A DNA stretch of 64,000 bases from Diplonema japonicum (GCA_964019335.1 OZ025725.1:124001-188000), one strand, 5' to 3'. Shown: positions 1 to 12,164, counted from the first letter of the stretch. The notes: generated by a model not told the origin, from the letters alone. A program made the numbers and translations.

Positions 1-335
1 CCGACATCGCAAGGGTAGAGGTCTACAAGGAAGCCCTGAGGGCGACGTTGCGAGCCATCTTCGACAGGGAAAATATTCTGCATGCGATTAAAACAGCTGT
101 AAGCCCATGTGTACACAGAAGGATAGGCACGCACGGGGTGTACACCAGGCTGAGCAAGAGAACAGAAGAACGCCGGTTTGCTGTGATGAAGACTCGGCTG
201 TCTGCTGCCGACGGAACGGTGAGACGCTCTATCGCAGAGTGGCGTAAGGCGCTGCACAACACTTGCAAACCATTCACGTGGAGGGGTGTGGACTACGAGC
301 GGAAGATGCTGCATGACACCCCCGATTGGTCCTGA
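1..335 (+). CDS. Possible 3' end of an unidentified ORF entering the window
   Basis: GC-balanced open frame ending at TGA 333-335; no motif recognised; followed by repeat-rich DNA. Confidence 0.25.
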   Translation, partial: DIARVEVYKEALRATLRAIFDRENILHAIKTAVSPCVHRRIGTHGVYTRLSKRTEERRFAVMKTRLSAADGTVRRSIAEWRKALHNTCKPFTWRGVDYERKMLHDTPDWS

Positions 336-344
336 AGAGGCCAA

Positions 345-610
345 AAAAATAGCTATTTATTTGCAACAAATTATGGCCATAATTTACTCGAGAATCGTGG
401 GTTTTTTGGCCGAGGGCCCGCAGGGCCCGAGGTCAAAAAAAACGGTTCGAGAGTAAATGGGATGGCCATATTTTGGCGCAAAGTAAGTAATTTTATCTGA
501 TAGTTCAGAAATTGAGTCACTCCGAGTGACCGAGAAGGTGGGCCAAAAACCCAAAACCAAATTATGAGCTATCAACTGTCAATAATAGCTATCAAATTAT
601 GAAAAACAGC
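345..610. repeat. Cluster of short degenerate repeats (AAATTATG, AGCTATCAA)
   Basis: AGCTATCAA and CAAATTAT recur here and at 1285-1350; resembles transposon subterminal repeats. Confidence 0.4.
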
Positions 611-1129
611 CTATTTTCAGCTGATTCAGGCGGAAGTGCGGTGACCCTACACATTTTTAGTCCCCCAGGCAACCCTGTTGACCTGCGATATTGCACCTTT
701 CCAGGTTATAGTTCTCCGTTACACGAAGACCCCCGAAGAAACCGCATGCAAACAAAGCACGGTACAGTAAGAAGCGGTTCAGCGGCTCAGACCCAGGGCA
801 CTCCATAGACATGAGCTCCTCGAGATCCTCCCGTTCGAAAGTAGATGCTTTCGTCGGGGCCCTTGTTCTTCAGCACGCTCGCAAAAAAGTTTGACACGGT
901 CCATTCCCCAACCTTCTGGTTGCACTTTTCCTTAAAAACTACCCTTATCTGGGAGTACTTGGTTCAAAGAGAAGAAGGGGCAGCGCCGTTTTTCTTCAGC
1001 TTCCTAAGATGAGCGACTTCAGTCGGTCCTTCGTCTTTTTCCCACGAAAGTCAGCCCATGTTTTCAGGTCCTGTGCTTTGCTTATTTCGGGTAGAAGACT
1101 CTCTTCCTTCTTCGTTTTCGGCATTTGAT

Positions 1130-1177
<48 letters not shown>

Positions 1178-1206
1178 ATGATCTTGAGCTCAAATGTGTT
1201 AAAAAG

Positions 1207-1388
1207 AATTTCACTCTGCCCCCAATAATGTCACTTTCCCCTATAATTTGGCAGCCACGGACCATAAACACCTACCTCCTGCCCATAATTGAGCTATCAA
1301 ATTATAGCCCAGATTATCAAATTATAGCCCGGATTATCAAATTATGAGAGGGGGGTAATCAGATTATAGGGGGGGGTTAGGAGTGAAG
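1207..1388. mobile_element. Putative MITE-like element with imperfect TIRs (TTCACTC...GAGTGAA)
   Basis: Left end TTCACTCTGCCCCCAATAAT resembles the reverse complement of right end ATTATAG(n)TTAGGAGTGAA; three internal TATCAAATTAT copies. Confidence 0.4.
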
Positions 1389-1686
1389 AAATTTCTGACC
1401 TATCAGATAAAAAAAAAAAAAAAATAGATAGCGCACCATGTCTAAACCCCGTTAAACGAAGTCTCAAATGGCTTTAAGAACGCGAAGGGTTTTTAGAGAT
1501 ATGAAAGCGCGACCCTTCTTTCATTTACACTCTTTACAAGTATTTACTAAAGAAAAAAAAAATAGAAGAAAAGAAAAAAAAAGAAAAAAAAACATAACCT
1601 CCCCTCCTTCATTTTTTTTTTTTCTCCCCAGAAACCCCCCCTTACAACAACAAAGGGAGAAAAAAAAAAAAGAGAAAAAAAAGGAA

Positions 1687-2595
1687 ATGAGTGGCAGTGG
1701 TGGTGTGTTCCGTCAGAAATTTCTTAACCCCGATGACGTGACACTGCACTGCACAGATTTCAAGTTTGAAGATCGAGAGAAGGAGGTGTTGGAGATGGGG
1801 TGCGCGCTGACCGAGAGCGACCCCGACGAAGGCTGCGAAAACCGGAAGGGAGGACACGGCACAGCTTGGGAAAACCACTACAAAACACACAAGGAGAAAT
1901 TCTACCCCATCAAAAACTACATAATAAAGGCGTTTCCGGACCTCCTAGGAGAACCAAACGACGAATCCACCCCCCAACGCATTATGGAATGCGGGTGCGG
2001 GACCGGCAGCGCGGTACTACCTTTAATGAAGATCCGCCCGCACGACGAATATTTCGCATTTGACATAAGCCCCACGGCCGTCGAAGGGTTCAAAGACCAC
2101 GAGGTTTACAAAACCGTGAAATCTGTCACAAGTTTTGTATGGGACTGCTCCAAGGGCAGTGTTCCGGAGGAGCTCGAGGGCAAAGCGGCTACTTTCGATT
2201 TCATCCTCCTCTTCTTCGTCTTGTCCGCAATCCCAGGTGACTCTATGCAAGCTACTATAACCTTCCTATCCACCTACTTAAAGCCTAATGGCGCGATCCT
2301 CTTCCGCGACTATGGGAAATATGACCACTCGCAGCTCCGTTTCCATGACAAGCATGTCACGCCGGAGCACGAGAGGTGTATTTATAAGTCCCCCTCGACA
2401 GCCTCCCCTATCTACTTCAGAGGTGATGGTACCCAAACCTACTACTTCAGCGTTGAAGAGGTCGATGCGCTGGCAAGGACCGCGGGGCTCACCGCGAGCC
2501 CTTCGGAGTACCATTGCAACCAGGTCACAAACCGGAAAAACGGAAAAGTGATGCGGAAAGTATTCGTCAATTCCGTGTTGAGAAAAGCAGCTTAG
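1687..2595 (+). CDS. tRNA m3C methyltransferase, METTL6/METTL2/Trm140 family
   Basis: WENHYKTHKEKFYPIKNY, SAM motif ECGCGTG, FVLSAI, FRDYGKYD, YFRGDGTQTYYFS; start placed at ATG 1687 after an A-rich leader. Confidence 0.9.
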   Translation: MSGSGGVFRQKFLNPDDVTLHCTDFKFEDREKEVLEMGCALTESDPDEGCENRKGGHGTAWENHYKTHKEKFYPIKNYIIKAFPDLLGEPNDESTPQRIMECGCGTGSAVLPLMKIRPHDEYFAFDISPTAVEGFKDHEVYKTVKSVTSFVWDCSKGSVPEELEGKAATFDFILLFFVLSAIPGDSMQATITFLSTYLKPNGAILFRDYGKYDHSQLRFHDKHVTPEHERCIYKSPSTASPIYFRGDGTQTYYFSVEEVDALARTAGLTASPSEYHCNQVTNRKNGKVMRKVFVNSVLRKAA

Positions 2596-2624
2596 GAAAA
2601 AAGGGAAAAAAAAGGATATCTTCT

Positions 2625-2666
<42 letters not shown>

Positions 2667-2703
2667 CGTTATGTTAATCACAAAAAAAAGGAAAAAGGAG
2701 AGG

Positions 2704-4014
2704 ATGGCGAAACGATTCCAATTGCTGCCCGGTGTCAATGTTGGCAGATGGCGCCGCGTCTCGCAAGTGATGTCGGAGCAAGGCGGCGGGGTCAAGTCGG
2801 GACGCACCCTGGCAGCGTTCATCAAAAATCTGAACGGGAAAACCTGCAAAATGGACCTAACCGGGCTTGTTAGCTACTGCGACGATAACGCCCCGTTCCT
2901 CGAAAAGCACCACTTTTGGACGCGAATCTTCCCTTACATGTTGGACCAAGCGCAACACGTCGCAACGGTAGATGCAATAAACCGTCTGCCCCTCCTCTTG
3001 GAGCGAAACAGAAGTGGATCCACACAGTGCTCTTACAGTGATTTTATCGGGTATTTAACACACTGTTTTCTGTGCCTGGTTCCAGGGAGGTCTCGGAAGG
3101 ATGCGTGCAGCTATCCGAGCGTTAATTTCGACGTGTTGTTCTCGCTGAGCTCGACGACGGCACTGCAGAAACTTTCCTGTTTGATACAGTTCTTTGTGAC
3201 ATCATACAGCTGCAAGGATACCTGTCCCGACGGCTACATCACCGTTAACAGGAACGCGTTCGGCGTCGAGCGTGGTTTCCCCGACGCGAGAAAACTCTAC
3301 ACAACACCTCTTTGCAAGTTGCAGTTCGACAACTCTACCAAAATAGAGGACACCGGTGATACGCTGAAAATCGATTTTGCAAACAAGTACCTCGGCGGTG
3401 GAGCGCTGGGCAGAGGCTGTGTACAAGAGGAAATCCTCTTCATGATATACCCCGAGCTGATACTTGGCAGCATGGTGTGCGATCGGCTCGGGGGAAAGGA
3501 AGCGGTTGTCATACAAGGCGCGAGGCGGTTCAGCACCTACACAGGTTATGCGGATTCGTTTCAATTTAGCGGACCGTGTGAAGCATTGACACCTGCTACA
3601 TTTTCAGCGATTGACGCGCTTGATTTTAGTAATGACGGCTGCGTGGAATTTTCTGTGTGGGCCATCCGCAGGGAGTTCCAGAAAGCTTTTACAGGATTTG
3701 CCGTCGCTCATCCTAGCACCATAGCAACGGGGAACTGGGGCTGCGGTGCTTTTAAGGGGACCCGTTTGGTCAAGCTTCTTCTTCAGTGGTGTGCCGCGAG
3801 CGTGCAAGGCGGCAAGGTCCTCTCCTACCACACCCTCGGCGACAAGGGGGTGGAACGTGATATTGAAAAGATCTTGGCTGAAGTTCCTAACCCTACAGTC
3901 AGCGAGATCTATACCTCCCTTTTAGACTACATTCAGTACGCCGACGACCCTTCCTGGTCCGTCTTGCAACACGTCATCTTCTTTATACTCGAATGCCGAT
4001 CTGCCGAGACGTAA
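2704..4014 (+). CDS. PARG: Poly(ADP-ribose) glycohydrolase
   Basis: DFANKYLGGGALGRGCVQEEI (GGG-x-QEE), YTGYA and ATGNWGCGAF signatures. Confidence 0.92.
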   Translation: MAKRFQLLPGVNVGRWRRVSQVMSEQGGGVKSGRTLAAFIKNLNGKTCKMDLTGLVSYCDDNAPFLEKHHFWTRIFPYMLDQAQHVATVDAINRLPLLLERNRSGSTQCSYSDFIGYLTHCFLCLVPGRSRKDACSYPSVNFDVLFSLSSTTALQKLSCLIQFFVTSYSCKDTCPDGYITVNRNAFGVERGFPDARKLYTTPLCKLQFDNSTKIEDTGDTLKIDFANKYLGGGALGRGCVQEEILFMIYPELILGSMVCDRLGGKEAVVIQGARRFSTYTGYADSFQFSGPCEALTPATFSAIDALDFSNDGCVEFSVWAIRREFQKAFTGFAVAHPSTIATGNWGCGAFKGTRLVKLLLQWCAASVQGGKVLSYHTLGDKGVERDIEKILAEVPNPTVSEIYTSLLDYIQYADDPSWSVLQHVIFFILECRSAET

Positions 4015-4120
4015 CTTTTTTTTTTTTTTTTTTCTTGCTGACTTCAAAAAAAAAAAAAAAAAAAAAAAAAAAGTGGCGGGAAAGGGGAGGGGAAGAGAAA
4101 AAAAAAGGGGGGGGGAGAAA

Positions 4121-4594
4121 ATGCCAATGACATATCTTATGCAGTTGGAAGGGAGCGAATGGGACTCGCTGGTGGCGTCCAAAACACAATGTGTGGGGGA
4201 CATGTGCGTGCCGTTCGAGGTGTTTCTCATCCTCATGTTTCTGTTCATGATCGCGATGCTGAACATTGGGTGTGGGATTGTGTGGAGTGTGTTGACTTGT
4301 TCTTGCCTTGGGTGCATAGGAGACTTTGTGGATTGTGTATTCTGTGACATGCCTGCCTGGGTGTGCTGTCTGCTTCTTCCATGTTGTTGCTGGTTTGACT
4401 CCAATCATCACGAAAGAAGACGGTATGGTCATTATGACCCGCATCGCAACGGCCACAACCACCATCACCATCACCACAACAATTACAACACTGCAGTCCC
4501 GCCTTATAGTAGCTGCGCCGCACCTGCACCTCAATACATGGCACAACCTCAGTACACAGCTAATTACCCTGCTCCTTCTGCACCCCCTGTCTAA
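4121..4594 (+). CDS. Small Cys-rich membrane protein with His/Pro/Tyr-rich tail
   Basis: Hydrophobic Cys-rich segments followed by HHHHHH and PPY/PQY low-complexity tail. Confidence 0.6.
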   Translation: MPMTYLMQLEGSEWDSLVASKTQCVGDMCVPFEVFLILMFLFMIAMLNIGCGIVWSVLTCSCLGCIGDFVDCVFCDMPAWVCCLLLPCCCWFDSNHHERRRYGHYDPHRNGHNHHHHHHNNYNTAVPPYSSCAAPAPQYMAQPQYTANYPAPSAPPV

Positions 4595-4643
4595 CTTTTT
4601 TTTTTTTTTCAGGGGTTCTTGAATTTGGGTTAAAAGAAATAAA

Positions 4644-6894
4644 ATGACAACATCAACAACATCATCGACGTCCAGTGCGGTGGGAGCGACCTCCTCGAGG
4701 TTGAACCCCGGGCAACGGTGCCACATGGTGGGGGGTGGCAACGGCGAAGGCTTCGGCCGCGGGACGAACGGGGAGGTGAGCAAGGCGAAGGCCGAGCTCC
4801 TGACGAAGCTAGGAAGTGGAGTCTCGATCAGAGACTACTCCAAAACCGAAGGTGAGTGCCTCTACGAGGCGACCTCGGTAGCGATCCACCAGGGCACCTC
4901 GCTGGAGGGGCACTGAGGGAGCTGGTGGCCAGCCATCTGGCAGCCACCGACAACAGTGCGCTGTTGTACGCCCCAGAGCGCTACGGGGAGTACGTGCAAG
5001 CGGTGAGGGACGGGGCATGGGGAGACATCTTGCAGCTCCTCGCGGTCAGCCAGGTATGTCGGCGCCACCTGGCCTGCTACCAGGTGAAGGAAGGGAAGCT
5101 GCTGTGCACGTCTTTTGCTGCGCGCAACCCCGTAGTGAGCACCCCCATATACCTGGGGTTCGTAGCCGCTCACTACGTGACGCTGGAGGTGCGCGAGGGC
5201 ACGGAGCTCCCGGCGGCGGGGACCTACAACAACCCGAAGGTCCCTATGCCCTACCTGAGCGAGGGGGCGAAGAAGAAGGCGGCTGCGACCGCAGCTGCAG
5301 CCGCGCGGAAGGCCAAGGACGGAGACGGCGAGACGAAGCCGAAGGAAGACGCGGTGCTGGTGGCGAACGGCTGGGAGGCGTTCTCTGGTGACTGGACGCC
5401 GCAGGTGGGCAGGAACAGGTCAGTCCTGCTCGTGCCGGCAGGGATGAAGAAGGAAGCGTCGCTGTGGCTGATGGACGCCGGCGACAAGGATGGTCCCACC
5501 CTGGTGTCCAGAAGCAAGCTCCCCACGATGCAGGGAGAGCAAGAGCAGGTGGTTCTTGCAACCGACGGCGGCAAAGGGAGGTGTGTCCGCAGGCTGTGGG
5601 TGACCGCGAAGGGCGGCCCTCCGCTGAAGCAGGTCAAGCAAGCGACGACGGTCCCCGCGGTGGTAAGCTGTACCGCCGAGGTCTACCTGGTAGAGAAGAC
5701 CAAAAAGGACTTCCACAGCGCCAGGAGGGACCTCGTCCGCTGGGCTGCGAGCAAATGCGCAGCACGGGTCGAGCCAAGGTCAGGGTCAAAGGGGACGGCT
5801 GCGCCGAGCTATGCCTGGTGGTGGCCCGGGCAGACCTGGACACCCTGTACCGACACAGCGGGACCGGTGGGGTCTTTGTGCGCCCTCCACACCAGTCGAC
5901 AGGAAAGTTTCCGGTGCTGTGGATCGTAGGAGCCTCGGCTACTGACGTCGCACTCCTCGCGAAGCAAGCGGACGGGCTGGGTGTGGCCTGGAGCAAGAGC
6001 ACGGGGGAGTTCGGAATCCGAGTGAAGGCGGAGAAGCTGGAAGAGATGACGGCCTTCCTGCAGAACAGGACGGCGAAGAAGGTGAAGGACACCCGGCCTA
6101 CACCGATCAAGGGAATGGGAACGCTGGTCCCGGGGCTGGAGCAGAGGCTGCTCTCGATCGGGTGGGCGGCACAAGCGGTACGCGTGCTAGCAAGTGGCAG
6201 GAAGACGTGCACGTGGCTGGTTGCGTCGGAGGCTGAACCGCCTGGCCTTCTGTTCGGGAGCGGCGACGAGCAGTGGGTGATCCGGCCGCATAACGGGGAG
6301 GGTGACCTGCTGAAGCACTCCACATGGGGGAGCAGAGGTGGGCCGAGGAAACCGACGCCAGCCTCTCCACCTGCTGCCAAGAAGAGCACGAAGTCGAATG
6401 ACTTCCCTCCCCTACGAACCGCCGCGCAGCCTCGACCTGCCAAGCAACCGAAGCAACCGAAGCGGGACGGCGAAGCTGAGCAGTCGTTCCACTCGTGGTG
6501 GCAGGCCAAGGAGGCCGAGTTCGCGGAGAGAGATCGCCGACACGAGGAGACGATGGCGAAGCTCCATCACGAACAGCAGAGGAGGCAGGCTGACCAGGAG
6601 GCCATGTCGAAGGCGCTGCGGGACGCACTGAACAAGATTGTCCGGATGCAAGAGGAGCAGGAGCGAACGCAAGCCCGGCTGATGGAGGTGGAGCAGCAGC
6701 TTACCGAGTTGGCGGCGGTTGCGCTGACAAGCAGTGGCAGCAGGAAGAGAACGGCAGGCGGTGAAGAGAAAGGCGGGAAGGTGTCGAAGTCCGGCGCGAG
6801 GTCCACAGCGAGCACCCCCACGCAGATGGCGGTCGACCCGCAGCACCCAACCACCCCGCTGCTGCTGCCCCAAGGGCCGGCGCAACAACAATAG
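4644..6894 (+). pseudogene. Element A ORF1: OTU-like protease, central domain, coiled coil; two frameshifts
   Basis: Joined from ORFs 4644-4916, 4856-5929 and 5464-6894; EGECLYEA...WGDILQLLAVS...HY; ends at TAG 6892-6894. Confidence 0.7.
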
Positions 6895-9800
6895 CAATTA
6901 CAGTTGTCGGCAGGGATGAGTGGAGGAAGCGCTAGTGGCCCACCTCTGCTCGATGACGTGCTCCGGATCACATCGATCAACGTCGGGTCGCTGCACAACA
7001 AGCTCCCGCAGGTCCTCGCAACACAAGATGAAATCGTATGCCTGCAGGAGACCAAGCTCACTGAACACGGTCAGCACCAGCTATCGCAGGCGATCGATGA
7101 GGGCGGGTATCACCCCCTATGGGGCCGCGCTCAGGAAGGCATGCCAGACAGAGCAGGGGTACTCAATCCGAATCTTGGGCAAAGGGGAGGCGTCGCGGTG
7201 CTGACAAAGAAAGGCAGACCTGCCATCGTAGCTCCTGCGTCGGGGATCACTGTGCAGCCGAACAGGTGGCTGCACACCATGATAAACGTGGATGGCCGCG
7301 ATCTATGGGTACACGTCATCACGGTGTATTGCAGTGCCGGTTACTACGGGAAGGATGACAGGGAGCGACTCCTGCACGCGCTGCTCGTTGACCTGAGGGC
7401 TAGGCTTGGGGAGGTGCCGATCCTGATCTTGGGGGATTTGAACACGGACGTTTCCGGGTCGGCGACGCTGAGGCACGCAGTGGAAAACGACTGGGTCGAT
7501 GTCGGAGCACTTCAGGCCGAGAAGGACGGAAGGAGACCTGACCACACCTTTGAGCGACCCGGGACGGAGACTAAGACGCGTCTTAGACTTTGTCCTAGCC
7601 AACGCAGTGGCTGCCGGGGCGCTGAAACGCTTCTGGACGCACAAGAGGGTAAGGACTGGGGAGCATCTGTGCCTTTCTGTTGAGCTCTTCACACCGACGC
7701 TCAAGAAACGGACAAAGCGGTTTTTCCTCCCGAGGGAACTACCGGTGGGAGCGGTAACGCCTGACACTGAGCTTGACCAAGAGCTTGCTGACGACGTGCT
7801 CCGTCATGCTGCCGACGACAGGGACGTGGGAGGCCTCTACACCGTGCTGAGCTGCGCAACCGAGCGGTACATGCTGTCCGCCGCCGGGGTGACGAATGTG
7901 AAGCCGTTCGTAGGCAGGGGGGAACCACGGGAGCTGTCGGAGAAGATGGTGGCGGCGAAGTCGACTGGGACGTCAGGAGGGGCGGCCGCGCGGGACCAGA
8001 CGATGCACGGCAACCTGAAGAGGAAGATTCAGGCTCTCAGGATCGGGCTGAACGAGGCGCTGCTGCGGGGTGGACCAGGAACGCTGCCGGCGATGCTGCA
8101 TGGGACGTGGAAGAACATCGTGAAGCTGGCCGGGAAGATGCGCCTCGGGGTCGTGCCGGACGAAGATCTCCTACGGGGACCCAGCCTGGAAGCCGCGCTG
8201 GTGGGACTGCAGGAGCTGGAGGCTGCAGCGGACCAGGGTGACATGGAAACGGTGAAGCAGCAGCGTCTGGAGAACGAGGCAAGATACAGGAAGCGGGTGG
8301 CGGCTGATTTCCGTGACGACAGACGGCGTATCGTGGCGTACGTCAAGGGGAACAAGGAAGCCCACACACTGGCAGTTGCGAAAGAGGACAGTAGGTTGAC
8401 GGTAGATCTGGAGGAGATCGACGCACTGATGAGGGGGGCGTGGGCCTCTGTCTTCCACCTGTACCCGAACAAGAGCGACCGGCCCTCCTACGCTGCCTTC
8501 AAGGAGAGGTATGGCAAGTATGTCGACGGGCACCCCATGGAACTGGAACCGATCACGGGTGGCGACCTCAGGGAGGTGCTGAACAGTAGGCCGGCGAGAG
8601 GAACCCCGGGTGTGGACGGCTGGAGGATCGCGGAGCTGAAGGCTATACCTGACGCGCTGCTGGAGAGGTGGGCGCAGCTCTTCAACATCATCGAGGAGAC
8701 CGGCGAATGGCCGGAGGCGCTACTGACGGCACTCGTCTCCCTGATACCCAAGGGTGAGGACAGATCCCCGCTGAACCATCGGCCGATCACGGTCACCAGC
8801 GCTGTGTACAGGCTGTGGGCGACGACGAGGATGAGGCGCATCTTGGTCTGGCAGGAGTCGTGGGCGCACACGTCACAGCACGGTTTCAGGTCGAGGAGAG
8901 GGACGGACACGCTGCTGCTGGAGCTGACGACGCAACTCGAGGAAGCCCTGCTGTCGGGCACACCGATGCACGGTCTCGCACTGGACTTTGTCAAGTGCTT
9001 CGACCGCATCCCGCGGGAGGTGGCACTTGGACTGATGGGGGACCTGGACTACATCAGAACATACTGCGGCCGCTGACGACGATGTACGAGTCCCTCAGGC
9101 GGAGGTTCAAGTACCCGACAGGGGTATGTGACGAGTTCGCCACATCGAACGGCATCTTGCAGGGGTGCCCGATCTCGGTGGTGATGGTGAACGCGCTGGT
9201 GGGGGTGATGGTGAGGGCGATCATGGCGGAGGTGCCCGGGGCAGATTCCCTGTCGTACGCAGATGACGTGTACCTGATTGCAGCTCTGCTCAGCGCACTG
9301 GAGAAGGCGGCAGCGGGGGTAGGCGAATTCTCTCTGCTAACGGGGATGAGTCTCAACCTGAAGAAGACGGACATGTTCTCCACAGAAGGGTCCGGGTCGG
9401 TGAAGTGTGGGCGGGAAGTGCTTGCAGCCAAGACGGAGATCAGCGCCCTGGGCATCAAGGTTTGCATGGACGGCGAGCACAGGGCCAAGCCCCTTGTGGG
9501 AATGGAGCGGGCGTGCGGAAGGCTGGCTGCCATGCCGTTGGGATTCTCACAGAAGGCAAGGACCATCTCCAGCTCCATCCTCCCCTCTTGCCTCTACGGT
9601 GTTGCGTATGCCCCCCCCTCGAAAGTGGATGCAGGCACAATCCGGTCGAGAGTTGCGACATGCCTCTGGGGACCGAAGTTCAAGATGCGCTCACCGTGTG
9701 CTGTAGCGAACATCTTGCTGCCGGGGCACACGACGGACCCGCTGGTGGTGACGCTTTATCGACTGTTGTGCACGGTGGTGAAGGTTGGTAGGTCGGATGC

Positions 9801-11025
9801 AGAGCTGTGGGACCGGATGGGAAGGTGTGCCGCCCTGTACCTGCAGAGCGACGTGGAGGCCCAGGGACCAGTGGGAACCCTAGTGAGACGATGGCTGCCG
9901 GCGATCGGGAAGAGCTGGAGTTTTGTGGAAGGGCTGCGTACCACGACCGAGCGGGAACGCAAACACGAGATCCGCCGAGTGGCACGGGCCATGACAGCAG
10001 CGGAACAAGCAGAAGGGAGGACCTCCTACAGCGGCATGCCAGAGGGGGCCGACCCGGTCACGAACGGGTGGTGGAGGGCGCTCGCGAACAACCCGATGGC
10101 GGCGTACAGGTTGAGGAGGCTGATTGCTGGGGCGGTGTTTGCGGTGTACCCTGCGGTGCGGGGAGTGGCGGAGGGGCCGGACAACCCGCTGCAGCACCTC
10201 TGTGACGTGTGTGGGGAGCGTTACGGCAGCTACACCGAGGTGCTGGAGCACGCCCTCTGGCGATGCGAACTCGGAGATGCGGTGCGGGGCGAGGCAGAGT
10301 ATGCGAGTCTCGACCCGGCGACCATGCCGAACGCGACGGCGCTCCACGGGATAGTGCCCAGGGGATGCCAAGACAAGCCAAGGGCCCTGTTGGTGCAAAG
10401 GTATCTGCTGGAGGTGGTCACACTGAGGGATACGGCGGTGGAAGCGAACCGCGCATTGCAGACGCAGACATACCCGTGGCGGGTGGTCGTGACGGGAAGG
10501 GCACACCCGACGCCGACGGTGGCCGAATTACGTGGGCTGGGAGCATCGGGGAAGGTGATGGACAGGCTGCTGGGGCCGGTGCTGAGGTGGCTGAGTGGCT
10601 TGCTGTGGGATGACGCCCCTGGACGGCACACGACGGTTACGACGCTGGAGCTTGCCCTCGACTTCGAGCGGGAGACGGAGCTGCCGCTAGACGACGGCGG
10701 GGAAGTGGGCGAGGTGGAGGACCTGGGCGTCAAGGCAAGGAGGCTGAGGTATGTGCTGAGACGTGTCCAGGACCTGTACCACGCTGATGGCAGAAGGACG
10801 GCGTTCCCAGCAGCGCGAGTGGATCGCGTCAACTCCCTGCGCTGTATAGGAGGACCGACCACACACGGGTATGACAGGAGGCCAGTACTCCCGGAGCGAA
10901 CCATGAGCAGCATCGAAGGCTTGCGTGACACGTACCTGTCGCAGACCCCGACAAGGCTGCCCCGCAGTTTTACCACCGCAGTAGGAACCCGCCAGAGCCC
11001 CCAGAACGGGGACAACGGGGACTAA
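6895..11025 (+). pseudogene. Element A ORF2: AP endonuclease, reverse transcriptase, Zn finger; frameshifts near 7590 and 9045
   Basis: SINVGSL, CLQET, GGVAVL, LGDLN, LDFVL; PGVDG, HRPITV, QHGFR, LDFVKCFD, GILQGCPIS, YADD; CDVC...H...C. Confidence 0.88.
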
Positions 11026-11444
11026 GAACAGCGCGGCCGGTGAGCGCAAAAACGCATACCTTAAAAGAATAGTTTTTTTTTTTTTTTTTTTGTTTGTTCC
11101 CCCCTCACTTCGAGTACTCTCGGGTGACAAAACAACAGATTTTCTTTTTGAAAAGGACGCAGAACGGGGGAGGGTGGACGGTTTGTGCGTGAAGCACAGC
11201 CATCCAGCTACGACTATCCGAAACAAGACCTTTTCTCCCCCTCCCTTCCCCCCCGAGGTGCAAATGTACACCAAGCTGGGACACGGTAGCAGAATGACCA
11301 ATGGGATGCGAAGAAAAAAAAGAATTTCTTTTTTTTTTCTTACCTAATTGTTATGTACTCCCCCCCCCCCCTTTTATATATTTCGAACCCGTTAAGTAGC
11401 AATTAAACAGTTACAAAAAAAAACCCCCCCAAAAAAAAAAGAAA

Positions 11445-12164
11445 ATGGTGCGCTGCCCATCGGGGCACGTATTGGAAACAGTGGGAGCAGGTGGGGAAGA
11501 ATGGGCGTGCAAGGGGGCCTTAAAAGGTGGAAGATGCACGCGGGGGTTGGAAGTACAGGGGAAGGACAGCGTCGTAAGGCGAGAATGCAAAAAATGCGCG
11601 TGGGCGGTGTGCGACAGATGTGTAGTGGTACTCCGAGCGAAGGGGAAAGGAGACGATCAGCTCGAAGAGCTAATGCCGAAACTACTCAAATTGGAAAACA
11701 CGTGCAACCAAGGCCACATCTTAACCATTGACGAAACAGAAGCAGAAGAAGAAATGGAGTGGCTCTGCGATGGCAGTGCTGACCCAGGAGGCTGTGTGGG
11801 CTTTGGGAAGTCTTATGTCAAGCGCTGGCGGTGCGATGTATGCAACTTTGACCTTTGCGAATGTTGCCTTGATAGGCGTAAGGAGGACACTTGGGGGTCT
11901 GATGACGATGACACACAGCCGGACTCCGAGACTGAGATATCTAATGATTCCTCACTGGTTATCTACGAGCCCCACGATACTGTAAGCACGGCGATCCGCC
12001 TCTTCGACTCCTGCACGCTCAAGGACAAGAGCACCCCTCCCGCGTCGCACCTCACCCCGCCCACCTCTTCCCTCGCCCCCTCAACGTCTTTGCACACCCC
12101 TCCCCCCGAGATCATACATGACAATATAAGAAACGTGTCCAAACTTCGTGCTGTTTTCTCGTAA
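11445..12164 (+). CDS. Protein with two Cys/His zinc-finger-like repeats
   Basis: Two CxxGH...WxC...C...CxxC...CxxC units and an acidic/Pro-rich tail. Confidence 0.7.
   Translation: MVRCPSGHVLETVGAGGEEWACKGALKGGRCTRGLEVQGKDSVVRRECKKCAWAVCDRCVVVLRAKGKGDDQLEELMPKLLKLENTCNQGHILTIDETEAEEEMEWLCDGSADPGGCVGFGKSYVKRWRCDVCNFDLCECCLDRRKEDTWGSDDDDTQPDSETEISNDSSLVIYEPHDTVSTAIRLFDSCTLKDKSTPPASHLTPPTSSLAPSTSLHTPPPEIIHDNIRNVSKLRAVFS

Larger units (their letters stand above)
4630..11069 (+). mobile_element. Non-LTR retrotransposon A (OTU-like ORF1; APE-RT-CCHC ORF2), frameshifted
   Basis: GC-rich homopolymer-free block with APE, RT and Zn-finger motifs; candidate 9-bp TSD TTAAAAGAA at 4630-4638 and 11061-11069; no clear poly(A), so ends are approximate. 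Confidence 0.88.
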
